Below are positions 62,346 through 64,000 of a stretch of 64,000 bases of DNA, in pieces. The stretch is taken from the NCBI RefSeq assembly GCF_963921235.1, contig NC_086097.1:119662001-119726000 (forward strand), in the 5' to 3' direction. The position numbers and the translations under genes are program-made. The notes below the pieces were generated by a model. It did no database searches and was not told the origin of the DNA. It saw nothing but the letters and a program-made list of their open reading frames with translations. Source of the DNA: Mobula hypostoma. Lineage: Eukaryota. The stretch's first letter is position 1; every line of letters begins with the position of its first letter.

Positions 62346-63581
62346 TCGTTTTTCACACTGATTCTTTTAATGTTATTTGGCATTGCCCTTCAAAGCTTGT
62401 CAGAAACTAAGAATAATTTCAGAAATATTTTTGCTATCTTAATTGAAGTGACAAATAAGAAATATAATATAATGGAGTATGCTTACAATGTTTTAGCCCA
62501 AATGGCACTGTGTTCTCTCTTCAAACATCAGAATGATACCCATCTCTGATGTAAACTTGTAACCATTTTTCTTCTTACACTAAATGAGCTTGTTCCATTG
62601 GCATTGATTACGTTGTGGGATTGTGCCTGTTGAAAATGGGAGGATGAACTATTTCAGTGTTCTATATGCACGAAAAATCACTAATCTATTCTTATGAAAA
62701 ATTTTACAATTGTGTTATGCAAAAGAAAAACTTAAAGCAAGTTTTTTCTAGATTGACAATACATACATCATACACCTACATACAATTGTACCTAGAGTCA
62801 ATTTATGCACATACAATCAATGTATACAAGTTAATCTTATGTAATTATATTTATTATTTTTTATTGTGCTCTTTATGCATATTGCATATTTTTATGCTAC
62901 ATCACATCTGGAGTAATAAACATTTTGTTCTCCTTTACACTTTTGTACTGAAGAATGCCAATAAACAATGTTGAATCATTGCATAATAGCTTCTAACAAG
63001 TCAACTAAGAAAAAAAAACCTTGTATCCCACTAAATTGGCCTGATTATGAAGCAATTGTCCAAGATAAAACACTAGACTAGAGCATCAAGCTCCGTCTTC
63101 ACACTGAGGAATTCTTCACATTGATGTGTAATAACCAACTCATCAAGTTCATTGTCATCTTACTACACATTTACACAACTAAACGAAACAATGTTTCTCC
63201 AGAAAATAATGCAACCATTGTACATGTATCACACACAACACATTAAACAAGTATTACCAAATAAGCTAATAAAATACGACTCAAAATGTATGTGAAGGGT
63301 GCAGCACAGGTAAACAGCTCGTTGTCCTAGTGATGAGAACTTGGTGGTGGTAAGGTACTCATTAATCTCACAGCCTAGGGGGAGAAGCTATTACCTACTC
63401 TAGCAGTTCTAGTCGAATGCTCTTGTAGCCCTTTCCTGATGGTAGTGGGTCAAAGTGCAGCGGGTGGTAGGTATCCTCAAAGCTTCCGGCCCTTTGTATA
63501 CATCCCGGTAAATGTCACAACTAGGGGCAGGAAGACTGGTGATCCTCTCATCAATTTTCACTGTCCTCTGTAGCGTCTTGC

Positions 63582-64000
63582 TGTTGTTGTTGTTGTTCGT
63601 CCTTCGTAGTCGAAGATGACCATGGCTTCAAAGTCAAATGGGACATTGGTGTCTGTGGGTCCGGAGGTGACTGATGAGGCCAATCTGGGCCCTGAAGGCT
63701 CGCCCACATGTGGGACATGAGTGGGTGGGTGCTGTCGTGGCAGTGGATGCTGCTCGGGCCTTGCGCACAGCACGCTTTTGTTGCGCCTCGATGATGCGCC
63801 TGACTTCAGCTGCACGGGCTCCTGTGGTGATCTTGCTGCGCCAAGCTGGACGGTCGAGGTCAAGCGTCTCCCACGTGTTGATGTCGACACCCAGGCCTTT
63901 GAGGGACACTTTCAGGCAGTCTTTGTAACGTTTCTTCTGCCCCCCCGACTGAGCACTTGCCCTGACACAGTTCTCCGTACAGCAGCTGCTTAGGCAATCG
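63582..64000 (-). mobile_element. RTE-clade LINE 3' end, continues off the right window edge
   Basis: GGQKKRYKDCLKVSLKGLGVDINTWETLDLDRPAWR and C2H2 finger CPTCGRAFRAQIGLISHLRTH, with a short 3' UTR and (CAA)n tail. Confidence 0.9.

Overview
This is eukaryotic, repeat-dense, intronic or intergenic vertebrate DNA. The repeat mix (CR1, Rex1/Babar, L1, L2, RTE, Penelope-like elements, tRNA-SINEs, Tc1 and hAT MITEs, Gypsy and ERV remnants) suggests a cartilaginous fish, which is inference. No host gene can be named; only a few low-confidence candidate exons were seen. The most notable system is a young Penelope-like retroelement (RT plus GIY-YIG endonuclease, Neptune-type Cys linker) whose 3' pseudo-LTR carries a minimal type I hammerhead ribozyme. 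Four identical 36-nt ribozyme copies with intact cores and about a dozen decayed ones occur in the window. They appear as a 2.7-kb inverted-repeat insertion with a 14-bp target-site duplication (TSD), a second copy with nearly the same endpoints, a solo 162-bp ribozyme cassette with a 12-bp TSD, and a 96-bp tandem dimer. Other observations include an unclassified 678-bp non-autonomous retroposon, a Gypsy element lacking RT, an ERV integrase relic, Tc1 MITEs with doubled TIRs, and a 24-bp minisatellite bracketed by strong splice sites. Boundaries of decayed repeats are approximate, and family names come from motif recognition, not from database searches.
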